DNA of 64,000 nucleotides from Verrucomicrobiota bacterium (GTDB lineage Bacteria; Verrucomicrobiota; Verrucomicrobiia; Limisphaerales; AAA164-E04): assembly GCA_047947115.1 (NCBI GenBank), contig CP170459.1, forward strand, positions 1,216,001 through 1,280,000, in the 5' to 3' direction. Position 1 is the stretch's first letter. Each line of letters begins with the position of its first letter. A program made the translations under genes and the position numbers. Under the pieces are notes generated by a model. That model saw only the letters and a list, made by a program, of their open reading frames with translations. It was not told the DNA's origin and did not search any database. Positions 9,301 through 19,214 of the stretch are shown here, one piece after another.

Positions 9301-12112
9301 CAAACTCAATCGTGTTACTCAAATTGATTACTCCAGCGGCGGATCTGAAAAGTTTTACTATACGACTGATGGTACGACAACCGGTTCCAAATGGCTTGAC
9401 CTCACCCGTTATGAAGACAGATTGGGCAAGGTCTGGAAATACGCATACAATGGTATAAGACAAAAAACGTCAGAAACTAATCCGTTAAATCGTACATGGA
9501 CTTATGGGTATTGTGGTTGCGGGGCCTTAGACTCCGTAACAGATCCATTGAGCAACACCACAAGCTATACTTACGACTATCAGGGGAACCGTACTGGAGT
9601 CGTTCATCCAGGCAGTGGGGGTAGCATCACTTTTGCGTATGATGCATTGGGCCAAATGACGAGTCGAACCGATGGTCTTGGCACACATTCCTACGAATAT
9701 AATAACCAGGGATTGCTGATAAAAGTCAAAGACAACTCAAGCAATGTCCTTAAAACATTGTTCTATGACAAAGACGATGACATCACCTCTGCTACTGATG
9801 AAAATGGGGTGACCACGACACAAGTATATGACTGGATAGGGCGTATCACAAGCCGCACCTACCCAACTGGAGGTGGTAGCGAAAGCTATGCTTACTCGGC
9901 TAAAGGTCTGACCAGTTATACGAATCCATTAGCCAAAACCTGGTCCTATGCCTATGATGCCGGATTACGCAAGACATCGGAAACAACGCCAAACTCAGAG
10001 ACAGTTTCCTATACCTACAATGGAGCAGGGGATTTGCTGACTATGACCGATGGTCGTAGCAAGGTAACCACTTGGACTGTTGATACCGAAGGACGTGTTA
10101 CGGGTAAAAAGAATGCGGGACAAACCTTTGACAACATCAAATACTATTACAACAACAATGGTCTATTGACTCAGCGTCGGTTTTATTCGACCTCTACCAG
10201 CTATCTGTCTACCTATTATACCCACGATGATGCAGGCAATCTTACTTTGATTAACTATCCATCCGGAACGACAGATGTGAGTTTCACCTACGACAACGCC
10301 AACAGGTTAACTCAAATGGTGGATGCGTCAGGAACGACATCCTATACCTACACCGCATCGAACCAGCCGTTGACAGAGAACGGGCCCTGGGCCAGTGATA
10401 CCGTCACCTACGCCTATAACTCTTCCAGAAAACGCAGCAGTTTGACAATTGATCAACCTACTGGTTCGTGGACACAATCCTATGGTTATGATGCCAATCA
10501 TAGACTTACATCGATCAACGCCCCGAAGATTAGTGGCACTTCCTTTACTTATGGTTACACCGGACATTCCAATCTGGCATCAACGACACGAAAACATCGC
10601 CAGTTAACCTTCCCGGTATCCTCCAAAATCATTCAAGATTACGATACCAATGCGAGATTGACGTCAACCAAGATGCAAACAAGTGGAAGCTCCACGGTGA
10701 ACAAGCACGATTACGTTTATAACAACGGTAGTCAGCGCACCAAGCAAACCTTCCAGGATGCCTCTTATATTGATTATGGGTATGATAATCTGGGTCAATT
10801 GACCAGTGCCAACCACTCGAACTCCGATCCAGATTACACCTATACTTATGATGCCGGATGGAATCTGGATACTCGAAATTCTGAGAACTTTAATGTAGGA
10901 GATCGTAACGAATTGACCTCCACCCCCTATGGTACACCAAGCTACGATAACAACGGTAATATTACTTCACTGGGAGGCAGTAGCTACTATTACAACGCCG
11001 AGAATCAACTGACAAACATCACTGTATCGGCATCCTGGAAATCGGATTTTGTCTATGATGGGCGAGGACGCAAACGCATCCAGAAAGATTACACATGGAC
11101 TGGTAGCGCTTGGTCAACGCCAACTGAAACTCGATACATCTACGATGGCATGGCTGTGGTGCAAGAACGCAACTCCAGCAACACACCAACTGCTACCTAC
11201 ACCCGGGGATTGGATCTGTCGACGACATTACATGGCGCAGGTGGCATCGGAGGGCTTCTGGCAAAATCAACAGGGTACTCCAGTGGTAATTGGTCGACCC
11301 ATCGATACTATCATAGCGACGGCAGCGGGAATGTGACCTACCTGGCAGATAACACCAGTTCGGCAACACTCAAAGCCAAATACAAATACGATGCTTTCGG
11401 ACGCCTGATCACCTCATCAGGAACAGACGCAGCGTCCAATTTGTATCGTTTCTCAAGCAAAGAACTCCACTCAAACAGCGGACTTTACTACTATGGCTTC
11501 AGGTTCTACGATCCTCAGAATCAACGGTGGTTGAATCGGGATCCTATTGGGGAAGCTGGGGGGATAAACCTGTATGGGTTTGTTTACAACAATCCGACAA
11601 GATATGTAGATCCCTATGGATTGGATTGGACTGATTTCCTACCGCCGTGGATTGATACGGTTGGGGATTATGGAGCTGGGCTTGGTGATGCTCTTTCATT
11701 TTCAATTACAAGAAAAATTCGCGAAGCTAACCCAGATTACTTTAGCGCAGATACCGACTCCAGTGCATACACAGCGGGTGAAGTTACTAGTCTTGCGGTC
11801 GGATCCGGAAGATTGTTGTATGCAGGTTCAGCAAAATGCCTTAGGCTGATTAGAGCCCCTAATCCGCTCGAAAGGGCGCAAAAGATTTCACAAGCTAGAA
11901 ACAAATTGAAAAAAGCTTTTAGATTTGGCGCATTTCCAAATGCTAGAGTTTATCCATGGAAAACCATTCTTCAGAGGTATGATAATAATCCATACTTAAT
12001 AATTGATGCAGCAACTCGAACTTCGCCAATATTTAATATTGGAGGAGGCATTGCAGTTGGAGGATCCTTAGTTAACTATTATCAACCTGAAAACCAAGCA
12101 GAAAGAAATTGA
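6372..12112 (+). pseudogene. C39-peptidase-fused RHS polymorphic toxin gene, split by a 1-bp frameshift at T5 (7338-7342); about 1913 aa if restored
   Basis: ORF 6372..7532 has an N-terminal TM/signal, a helical TPR-like region and C39 motifs (LCG, GHY, EDP). ORF 7298..12112 has YD repeats and the RHS core PIGEAGGINLYGFVYNNPTRYVDPYGL. Adding one T gives continuous EEASGFFIVPEE. Could be a sequencing error rather than a true pseudogene. Confidence 0.8.
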
Positions 12113-12517
12113 ATGAGCTTGTGCTTGATGGATATGGTTAGCGAAGTGTTCGGTTACTCCTTAGATCCTGCTACAGGTAGTCTGACAAAGCGTCGAATAT
12201 CGGATGTTCAAGAATTTGCGAACAAATCATGTGGTTTCGGCTCAATGGTGAAATGTGGTGTCCTGAAACGAGAGGTTGTTCCGGTTGCTTATTGTGAAAA
12301 TGATGGGCTGAAATTAGTTTATATTGCAGGAAATAAATATAATTTTACTGACGGAAACCTGAGAGCGGTGCGCCGGGCTCCGGCACCATTCATCCGCAGT
12401 TTTGTGATTTCAAAGTCATCCGCGGTGCAACTTAAGCTCAGGTATTGGTTTTTTGAGATTCGAGAGTGGCCCGACGATGGAGATATTTTCTCCTTGATAA
12501 TCAGAAATACAGCCTGA
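12113..12517 (+). CDS. Candidate immunity protein for the RHS C-terminal domain
   Basis: Small ORF starting immediately after the RHS stop (TGA-ATG); no recognisable family; positional inference. Confidence 0.55.
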   Translation: MSLCLMDMVSEVFGYSLDPATGSLTKRRISDVQEFANKSCGFGSMVKCGVLKREVVPVAYCENDGLKLVYIAGNKYNFTDGNLRAVRRAPAPFIRSFVISKSSAVQLKLRYWFFEIREWPDDGDIFSLIIRNTA

Positions 12518-12711
12518 CGGAATAAATCCGGGGGCACGTCTGAATTTTCTCAACAAACCTTGATCAGAAGGGAGTGTAAGCACCCAATTCTCACCTTCAT
12601 GCAAATCCCTCTACTGTCGATTTTTGACCACCTCTTGAGGTAGCTCCCGTCCCTGGCCTGAACTGATGTTTCCAATGCTGCTGAGTATGCTGTTATATAA
12701 AGACAAGTAAG

Positions 12712-12747
12712 GGGCTCCCGGGCCGCTGTCGCGGCCCTTGGGAGCCC
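12712..12747. other. Strong GC-rich hairpin
   Basis: GGGCTCCC-GGGCCGC-TGTC-GCGGCCC-TT-GGGAGCCC. Confidence 0.6.
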
Positions 12748-12903
12748 ATTTAGGCCGCCTAAGTCCTTGGCTCTTAAGTGAGGTTACAGTCAACAGGCCG
12801 CCGAGACCGCGAGCTTGGGCCCGGCATTCGGCCTCGGCTCAAATTTACCTCGCTTCGGATACGCTAGGCGCTTGATTGCGGCCTCTCGGGCTCCCAGAAA
12901 TCC

Positions 12904-13251
12904 CTATGACTCCCGACCGTGGAGTGTGACAAAAGGTTCCAATACGGCAATGACCTTGTCTTGTTGAGAGCGTGGCAATCTGGAGGCTACTTCGAAAAGT
13001 TGTCCCATCCTTCCCCCGGCTGTGATGGTTTTCCTGGATCTTGGGTGACCAAGCACTTCCTCGACCGTCACGCCCAGGGCTTCAGCCATTGGAATGAGGT
13101 AGTCCATTTTCCCGATCCGGCCCGAACGCTCCCAATACATGATGCTGGTGTGGTTGGTTCCGACTTGGCGAGCGAGTTCACGCACATTGAGCCCGGCTCG
13201 TTTCCGGAGTCGAGTCAGGTGTGATTCTTGTTCTGGTTTTTTCGGCAGCAT
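12904..13251 (-). CDS. XRE-family helix-turn-helix regulator
   Basis: LTRLRKRAGLNVRELARQVG..YWERSG..MAEALGVTVEEVLG; C-terminal SRLPRSQQDKV helix. Confidence 0.85.
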   Translation of the reverse strand: MLPKKPEQESHLTRLRKRAGLNVRELARQVGTNHTSIMYWERSGRIGKMDYLIPMAEALGVTVEEVLGHPRSRKTITAGGRMGQLFEVASRLPRSQQDKVIAVLEPFVTLHGRES

Positions 13252-13277
13252 GGGTGAATATTATACCAATGAGGTAG

Positions 13278-14306
13278 TGGCCGCCGCCTGAAAAACTGGC
13301 CCAAAACGAGTGAGAAGTTTTGAATAACCAAAACGACTCACAATGAAGCAAAAAAGACATAAGCCAGAAGAAATCATTCGCCTGTTGCGCGAATGCGATA
13401 GCAGCGATCTCAACCAAGAGGCATTTTGCCGACAGAAGCAGATCTCCATTGCCACTCTCCATCGATGGCGCAAAAAGTATGGCCTCATGAGCGAAGCCGA
13501 CGCCAAGCGGTTAAAGGCACTGGAAAAAGAGAATGCCGAGCTCAAAAAAATGTATGCGGAAGCTATGCTCGGGATCAAAGTCCTCAAAGAGACACTCGAA
13601 AAAAAGCTCTAAGCCCCGCTCATCGTCGCGACCTGGCCAAGCAGGTTCATAAGGAGATTGGATGTTCACAGCGGCAAGTTTGCCGCTTCTTTGAACTGAA
13701 CCGATCCACCTTCCGCTATGAAGCCAAATTCCCATCCCCATACCGATGTGTCGTGGAACAAGCCGTCGTCAGGCTCAGTCACGAGTATCCGGAATGGGGG
13801 GCTGAGAAAATCGGACGACTGGTGCGCAACGAGAAGTTGCGTGTCAGCAATGATCGAGTCCGGCAAGTTCGACGCCAAGAGGGGCTGGTCGTTCCTCCAC
13901 CTAAGAAGAAGCAGCGGCGATTGGGGCAATCTACGGGGCGCCATCCTCAAAAGGCATCATATCCAGGACATGTTTGGACATGGGATTTTATCCATGACTG
14001 GACTCTCAAGGGAGGTAGTTGCCGTATCTTGAGTGTCGTTGATGAATACACAAGGCAAGCTCATTGTCTACACGTAGCCCGTCACATAGGTTCAAAGACG
14101 GTTCAAGCACTGATGGAGAAATTGATCGCTGAACACGGCTCGCCCGACTTTATCCGGTCAGATAATGGACCGGAATTCATCGGCCGGTCCTTGAGTCAGT
14201 GGCTCGAAGAACGCGACATTAAAACGCTCTACATCGAACCAGGTAGTCCATGGCAGAATGGGTATGTGGAGAGTTTCCATGACAAGTTCCGAAGGGAATG
14301 CCTGGG
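13278..14306 (+). mobile_element. IS3-family element, 3'-truncated
   Basis: Left end TGGCCGCCGCCTGAAAAACTGGCCCA; orfA/orfB joined by A7G slippery site (13599-13606); integrase core breaks just after FHDKFRRECL; no right IR seen. Confidence 0.85.
13343..13612 (+). CDS. IS3-family transposase OrfA
   Basis: MKQKRHKPEEIIRLLRE..CRQKQISIATLHRWRKKYG..RLKALEKENAELKK. Confidence 0.9.
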   Translation: MKQKRHKPEEIIRLLRECDSSDLNQEAFCRQKQISIATLHRWRKKYGLMSEADAKRLKALEKENAELKKMYAEAMLGIKVLKETLEKKL

Positions 14307-14322
14307 GTGTGAAAAGCTATAA
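13609..14322 (+). pseudogene. IS3-family transposase OrfB (rve/DDE), truncated
   Basis: WTWDF, VVDEYTR, IRSDNGPEF, PGSPWQNGYVESF; lacks the C-terminal YN..RPHSSL region. Confidence 0.85.
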
Positions 14323-14491
14323 AAAGGCACTTCGGTTGGATTCGGATAATTTGGAATCGCTCGAAAGTTTGGCGCATTTCTACGATGCGGTTGAACCAAA
14401 ACCCACGACAGCAAAACGCTATGCCGAAACTTATATTGCTATCGCTGAACGCAGGCTTACCGAAATGAAACGCATAGTCAATGACAGTTGA
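14307..14491 (+). pseudogene. 3' fragment of a TPR-like protein gene
   Basis: YKKALRLDSDNLESLESLAHFY TPR pattern joined directly to the IS3 break. Confidence 0.45.
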
Positions 14492-14499
14492 CAGAACTT

Positions 14500-14989
14500 T
14501 ACTCAATCTGTTTCGTAGGCTCAATTCTTAATCCAAGCACCCTGATTTGTACGCTGCGTTGAAGCCTTTGGTCGAATTGTAAAATCCACTTTCATTCTGC
14601 ACTACATCGATGACGTGGAGTTGCGCCAGATGATTGAGCGACATTTAAACAAAGTCGAAAGCTCTCATCGAATGTCCAGAACAATTTCCATCGGTGGAGG
14701 GCGTGAATTTTACCAAGGCGACAAACAGGACCAGGAGGTATCGGAAGGTTGTAAGCGATTGATAAAAAAATGCGATCATCTGCTGAATTATTTGTTCCTA
14801 TCGCATAAGATTGAGGAACAGAAGGATCCAAATATTCGAAAAGCAATGGAAAGGTCGGTTGCAGTAGGCTTTGTTGTAGCTTGGAGACATAGCAATTTGC
14901 TGGGAGAATACGATTTTTCGGACGAGAAACTGCAGGATTCGGTCGTCATCCAGTTGCCAAACCCTGTTAAAAGAAGGGAGAGTTTGTAG
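14500..14989 (+). pseudogene. Tn3-family transposase C-terminal remnant
   Basis: FILHYIDDVELRQMIERHLNKVE, EGCKRLI, AWRHSNLLGEYDFS; upstream degenerate LFRRLNS..LYAALK..GRIVKS with frameshifts. Confidence 0.8.
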
Positions 14990-16283
14990 AATCCTGTGCA
15001 ACATTTAATACCTTTTCGGCGTTAGATCCAGCAATGGCTTTTCCGGCCAGGTATCCGGTGGTCCAGGCAGCTTGAAAATTAAAACCACCCGTCTCGGCAT
15101 CAATGTCCAGAACCTCCCCCGCAAAATGAAGTCCCGGCAGCTTTTTGCTTTCCATGGTCTTGAACTGAACCTCCTTCAAATCAACCCCGCCGCAAGTGAC
15201 AAACTCCTCTTTGTTGCGGCTTTTGCCTGAGACATGGAATGTTGTTCTTTTGAGTGATTCGGTCAACAACCTGACTTGTTTGCTGTTGAGCTGACGCCAG
15301 GTCATTCCTTGGTTGAATTCCAAAACGTCCAGCAAACGTTGCCACAACCTTTTTGGCAGGTCGAACGGTGAGAGGGTATGGAGCTGTTTGCTGGGATGTT
15401 GCTTCTTCAAGGATTCCAAGCCGAAACCCGCATCCGTTACATTCGGAATCCAATCAATATCACAGTCGAAAGACTTCTGAGCCTGATGGATTTCCCGTGC
15501 GCCCCAGGCAGAGAGCCGCAAGATGGCCGGTCCGCTCAAACCCCAATGCGTGACCAACAGGGGACCTCGGCAGCTGATCCTGGTTCCACACAACGAAGCC
15601 TCCGCTTCGTCCACACTCAACCCCGGCAATCCTTCGATCAATGGATGCTTTATTTGAAAAGTGAACAGCGATGGAATGGGATCCACCATGTGATGGCCCC
15701 ACTGCGACAACAGTTTCATTGCCGGACCCGGTTTGAGGCCACCCGTTGCCCACAGAATCTTTCGTGCGTGATAAATATGTCCGTCCTGAGTATTGACTTC
15801 AAACCCTTCGGATTCATGGTGCTTGATTTGGGCAACAGCCTGATTCGTCCTGATGGAAACACCCGCGGACCTGGCTTCATTCAAAAGGCATTCAACAATA
15901 CTGGAAGATCGATCAGAAATGGGAAACATCCGTCCGTCGGCTTCGGCCTTCAAGGGAACCCCTCTGGATTCGAACCATGTCACCGTGTCCGATGGCTGCC
16001 ATCGATAAAATGGCCCAAGCAATTCCCGGTGGCCGCGAGGGTAATGCTTGACCAACTCGACGGGATCGAAGCAGGCATGCGTGACATTGCACCGACCCCC
16101 TCCGGAGATCCGAACCTTTGACAACACTTCTCTACCCTTCTCCAGAATGGTTACTTTGAGCCCTGGATTTGATTCTACAGCGGTGATGGCTCCAAAAAAC
16201 CCCGCCGCTCCACCCCCGATCACCAGGATGTCCTGCCGGATCGTTTTGGTAGATGGGGTTTCAACTCGGGGGGTAGGATTCAT
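14967..16283 (-). CDS. HI0933/BaiN-family NAD(P)/FAD-dependent oxidoreductase
   Basis: GGGAAG, KVRISGGGRCNVT, GRMFP, THWGLSGPAIL, VTCGGV, GEVLDIDAETGGFNFQAAW. Confidence 0.93.
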   Translation of the reverse strand: MNPTPRVETPSTKTIRQDILVIGGGAAGFFGAITAVESNPGLKVTILEKGREVLSKVRISGGGRCNVTHACFDPVELVKHYPRGHRELLGPFYRWQPSDTVTWFESRGVPLKAEADGRMFPISDRSSSIVECLLNEARSAGVSIRTNQAVAQIKHHESEGFEVNTQDGHIYHARKILWATGGLKPGPAMKLLSQWGHHMVDPIPSLFTFQIKHPLIEGLPGLSVDEAEASLCGTRISCRGPLLVTHWGLSGPAILRLSAWGAREIHQAQKSFDCDIDWIPNVTDAGFGLESLKKQHPSKQLHTLSPFDLPKRLWQRLLDVLEFNQGMTWRQLNSKQVRLLTESLKRTTFHVSGKSRNKEEFVTCGGVDLKEVQFKTMESKKLPGLHFAGEVLDIDAETGGFNFQAAWTTGYLAGKAIAGSNAEKVLNVAQDSTNSPFF

Positions 16284-16839
16284 GTCCCCCGCATCCTACG
16301 CCTCCGAAGAAAAGACGTCAAAGAAAGTCCTGATCCCCGGCAGTCACGGGAACAAAATAGATGATCGACAAGTTCAGGCAGTGACAGCTTGCATTAAAAG
16401 ATCATGGATACAAGATGTGGAGAATTCCACGAGTCATACCCAGATTGGCATGATGTTAAGTGTGACACATGCTGCGGGTCAGTTTCAATAGTAGCGGCGT
16501 CAGGAATGGTGGCAGCATATTCGATGGGGCGTCTTGCATCCTTGGCTGCTGAAGGTCGGGCTGCGCTGCCCTGTCGGGCAGATTTATATGACGGAGATGC
16601 ACCCTTGTTTTTGAAGTCAATGTTTCACACCGATCCGGTCGCAAATGTAAACGGGCCATAGGGGTCGCGCCTCAAGTTTTACAATTACAGCTCTGCTGGC
16701 GGAACATGTTGTCATTGGGAGCTATCAATCATAGCCTGGCTGAAGGGACTTGCATGTGTTCCCTCCATGCAGTTTGTGCTTGGGTTGAATGAGCCAAGAC
16801 TTGCTTCCGTAGGGTGGCACAGGCAAGCTTGGTGCCGGA

Positions 16840-17652
16840 ATGGCGGACAGAGATAAAACTTATATTCATTTGACATCGCATGCACATGAGCAGTCCTGGA
16901 AGACGGAGGTGATCGCCGAGTCTTCGAGTTGGATTTGTTTTAACAAGCATACGCATCTGGGGACGGAGTATGATCATTACCATCAGGATCGTCCTCATAT
17001 GACCGGAATTGTGGAGAATGACCTGACTCGTGAAGCTGGTTGGATCCAGGAGCGGGGGATCACCTGGTTAACTCCCGTGCATACCTTGGATTTTGAGACC
17101 ACGGGTGCCAGTCTATGGGCCAAGAATGAGAGTGCCGCGGAAAAGTTGAAGAATGTTTTTCATTCCGAACAACCGAATCGCATTTATCAAGCGTTGATCC
17201 ATGGTAGTCCTGAGGAAGATGTGTTTGAAATTGATCTGAAACTGGCTGCCCGTCCTTTTCAACAGTGGTTGATGAAGGCTGATAAAACAGGGAAGAAATC
17301 TCTCACCCAGTGTGAGACCATTGAACGTTTAAAGGCTTATACGCTGCTGCGATGCAAACCGGTTACTGAGCGGCATCATCAGGTGAGGGCGCATTTGGCT
17401 TGCCGCAAACACCCTGTTGTGGCGGATGCTTCTTATGGTGGGGACGTATTGATGCTTTCGGAACTCAAACGTAATTATCGGTTCAAAAAGGATCGTCCGG
17501 AGAAACCTCTTATGGATCGTGCGGCGATTCACCTTGAGCAACTGCGGTTTCCAGATCCGGACACCGGGGAGGAGATTTGTTTAATTGCCCCGATGCATCG
17601 GGATTGGGAGGTGGCTTTCAAGTATTTGAAGCAGTATGCTCTTGTTCACTGA
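16840..17652 (+). CDS. RluA-family pseudouridine synthase-like protein (divergent active-site motifs)
   Basis: PVHTLDFETTG (cf. HRLD), ERHHQVRAHL, HPVVADASYGG. Confidence 0.75.
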   Translation: MADRDKTYIHLTSHAHEQSWKTEVIAESSSWICFNKHTHLGTEYDHYHQDRPHMTGIVENDLTREAGWIQERGITWLTPVHTLDFETTGASLWAKNESAAEKLKNVFHSEQPNRIYQALIHGSPEEDVFEIDLKLAARPFQQWLMKADKTGKKSLTQCETIERLKAYTLLRCKPVTERHHQVRAHLACRKHPVVADASYGGDVLMLSELKRNYRFKKDRPEKPLMDRAAIHLEQLRFPDPDTGEEICLIAPMHRDWEVAFKYLKQYALVH

Positions 17653-17666
17653 TTGGCGGTTGTTTT

Positions 17667-17900
17667 TTGAACCGCAGATGGCGTAGATTTTCGCAGATAT
17701 AAGGGTTTGCTGACGTTTGTTTTTTGGGTAATGGGGTGCGAGTAAGGTGGGCTTCGGGTGTTGTTATTGGGTTGTATGGACACGCCACCGGACGCGCGGC
17801 AGCGCGTCCCTACCGTTGCGGTGCATCTGAGTTGGTTTGGGTATTGACGGGTGAATCAGTTTAAATCCATCTGCGTTCATCTGCTACATCTGCGGTTCAA
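17667..17900. repeat. MITE-like element with terminal inverted repeats and an internal REP
   Basis: Perfect 14-bp IR TTGAACCGCAGATG/CATCTGCGGTTCAA extended by imperfect GCAGAT repeats; internal REP GGACGCGCGGCAGCGCGTCCCTACC (17790-17814). Confidence 0.7.
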
Positions 17901-17911
17901 TATCACTCTTC

Positions 17912-19189
17912 TCACTTCAATTTGAAGAATTGCCGGGCGTTAGAGTGGAGGATGCGATTTCCGAGGCGTAGGGCTTCTTTTTCTGTGAAGTAGCCGGAAG
18001 ATATTTTTTCTTCGAATGTTTCGATCATCAATCGACGGAAGGTTCGGAGTGTTCCGCAGGTTTCTTCCACATGCCAGTTGTCGCCGCCCAGCATCATGCG
18101 GCCTTCGTCGGACAGGATCTCGATGGCTTCGTGGAAGGCGGATTTGAAGTGGGTCGGGCTGAGCAACCATGACCAGGTGAGATCGATCCAGATGTTACGA
18201 TAGACAAAGGCGAGTCCCAATAAATCCCGACTCCAGGGATAGGCCAGATGCATGAGCAGGAACCGGGTCCGGGGATGTCGTTCGATGAGCCCGGCGATGT
18301 TCATGGGATGGGAGTCGCGTATGATACCGGTGCCCAAGTGTGTTTGCACGGGGATGTTCATTTCGGCTGCCAGTTTGCAAATGTGATCCACTATGTAATC
18401 TCCGAATGCCAGCCGTTCCGCTTCCTTTGGATTGGTTTTTCCCCAGGCTTGTTTGGCAAGTTGCGCATCGGGTGCTTCAAAGGCAATGGTTCGATCGTAA
18501 GCCAGGGCATTTTTGAAGGCGACCTGTCCTCGTGATTCCATTTGTCTCGCCAGCACTGTCAGGGCTTCGATGTATTCCTCGAATGTGTCGGGTTCCATCC
18601 CTGCTTGTTTCAAGAGTTTTGCCGCCGAATTGCCGTTGTGATCGCGTGCTTCCGGATGCCATCCACAGGCGAAGGCGTTGATGCGCATGACCGATTGGTA
18701 TGATTCGCCCAACGCGTCTTTCGCGACTAGCAGGGGGTTGGTGTAGTCGTCGGTAATGACGCGCTCGACACCTGCTTGTTTCAGTGTGTTTGTTTGAAAA
18801 CCGGGCTGTTTGCGGCTTTGGAGAATTCGGTCATTGAGAGCTTCCCAATTGTCGCGGTCAATATCTGTCCAATCCGGATCACCGTGCACATGTAGTATTC
18901 CGGACACAAGGTTGCGGACAAAATGGTTTGATCTTCTTTCTTCCAGATAAGGAGTCAACGCGTTCCAATCCACCGGAGTCAACGCGGATTCCATCGGAGG
19001 CTCCTCTCTGTTTTCCGAAGGGAGCGGGTAGGGACGTTCAACGGTCCAGCCTGCGTAGCTTTGTTGAAACAGTGTCAGTAAATTGACCTGGTCGGAAAGA
19101 AAGACGGATGGGATGTGGTGTTCATGCACATCCAGCAGCGGTGCTTCGAACAGGGCTCGTTGCCATGCGGGTGAATGGGGTGGAGTCAT
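17912..19189 (-). CDS. Amidohydrolase family protein (Amidohydro_2-like)
   Basis: LDVHEH, AFKNALAYDR, PVQTHLG, LMHLAYPW, GGDNW metal-binding motifs. Confidence 0.8.
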   Translation of the reverse strand: MTPPHSPAWQRALFEAPLLDVHEHHIPSVFLSDQVNLLTLFQQSYAGWTVERPYPLPSENREEPPMESALTPVDWNALTPYLEERRSNHFVRNLVSGILHVHGDPDWTDIDRDNWEALNDRILQSRKQPGFQTNTLKQAGVERVITDDYTNPLLVAKDALGESYQSVMRINAFACGWHPEARDHNGNSAAKLLKQAGMEPDTFEEYIEALTVLARQMESRGQVAFKNALAYDRTIAFEAPDAQLAKQAWGKTNPKEAERLAFGDYIVDHICKLAAEMNIPVQTHLGTGIIRDSHPMNIAGLIERHPRTRFLLMHLAYPWSRDLLGLAFVYRNIWIDLTWSWLLSPTHFKSAFHEAIEILSDEGRMMLGGDNWHVEETCGTLRTFRRLMIETFEEKISSGYFTEKEALRLGNRILHSNARQFFKLK

Positions 19190-19214
19190 GTTCCCTATTC
19201 CGATGCAGGTGAGT

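Noticed and set aside
12600..12700. Possible hammerhead ribozyme (CTGATG, GCTCCCGTCC)
   Set aside because: No complete CUGANGA/GAAA core with flanking stems could be built
14258..14491. 77-aa ORF as an intact gene
   Set aside because: Its N-terminus is out-of-frame IS3 sequence; only the tail is TPR-like
16284..16839. Short ORFs in the ~550-bp gap
   Set aside because: No recognisable motifs or convincing structure on either strand
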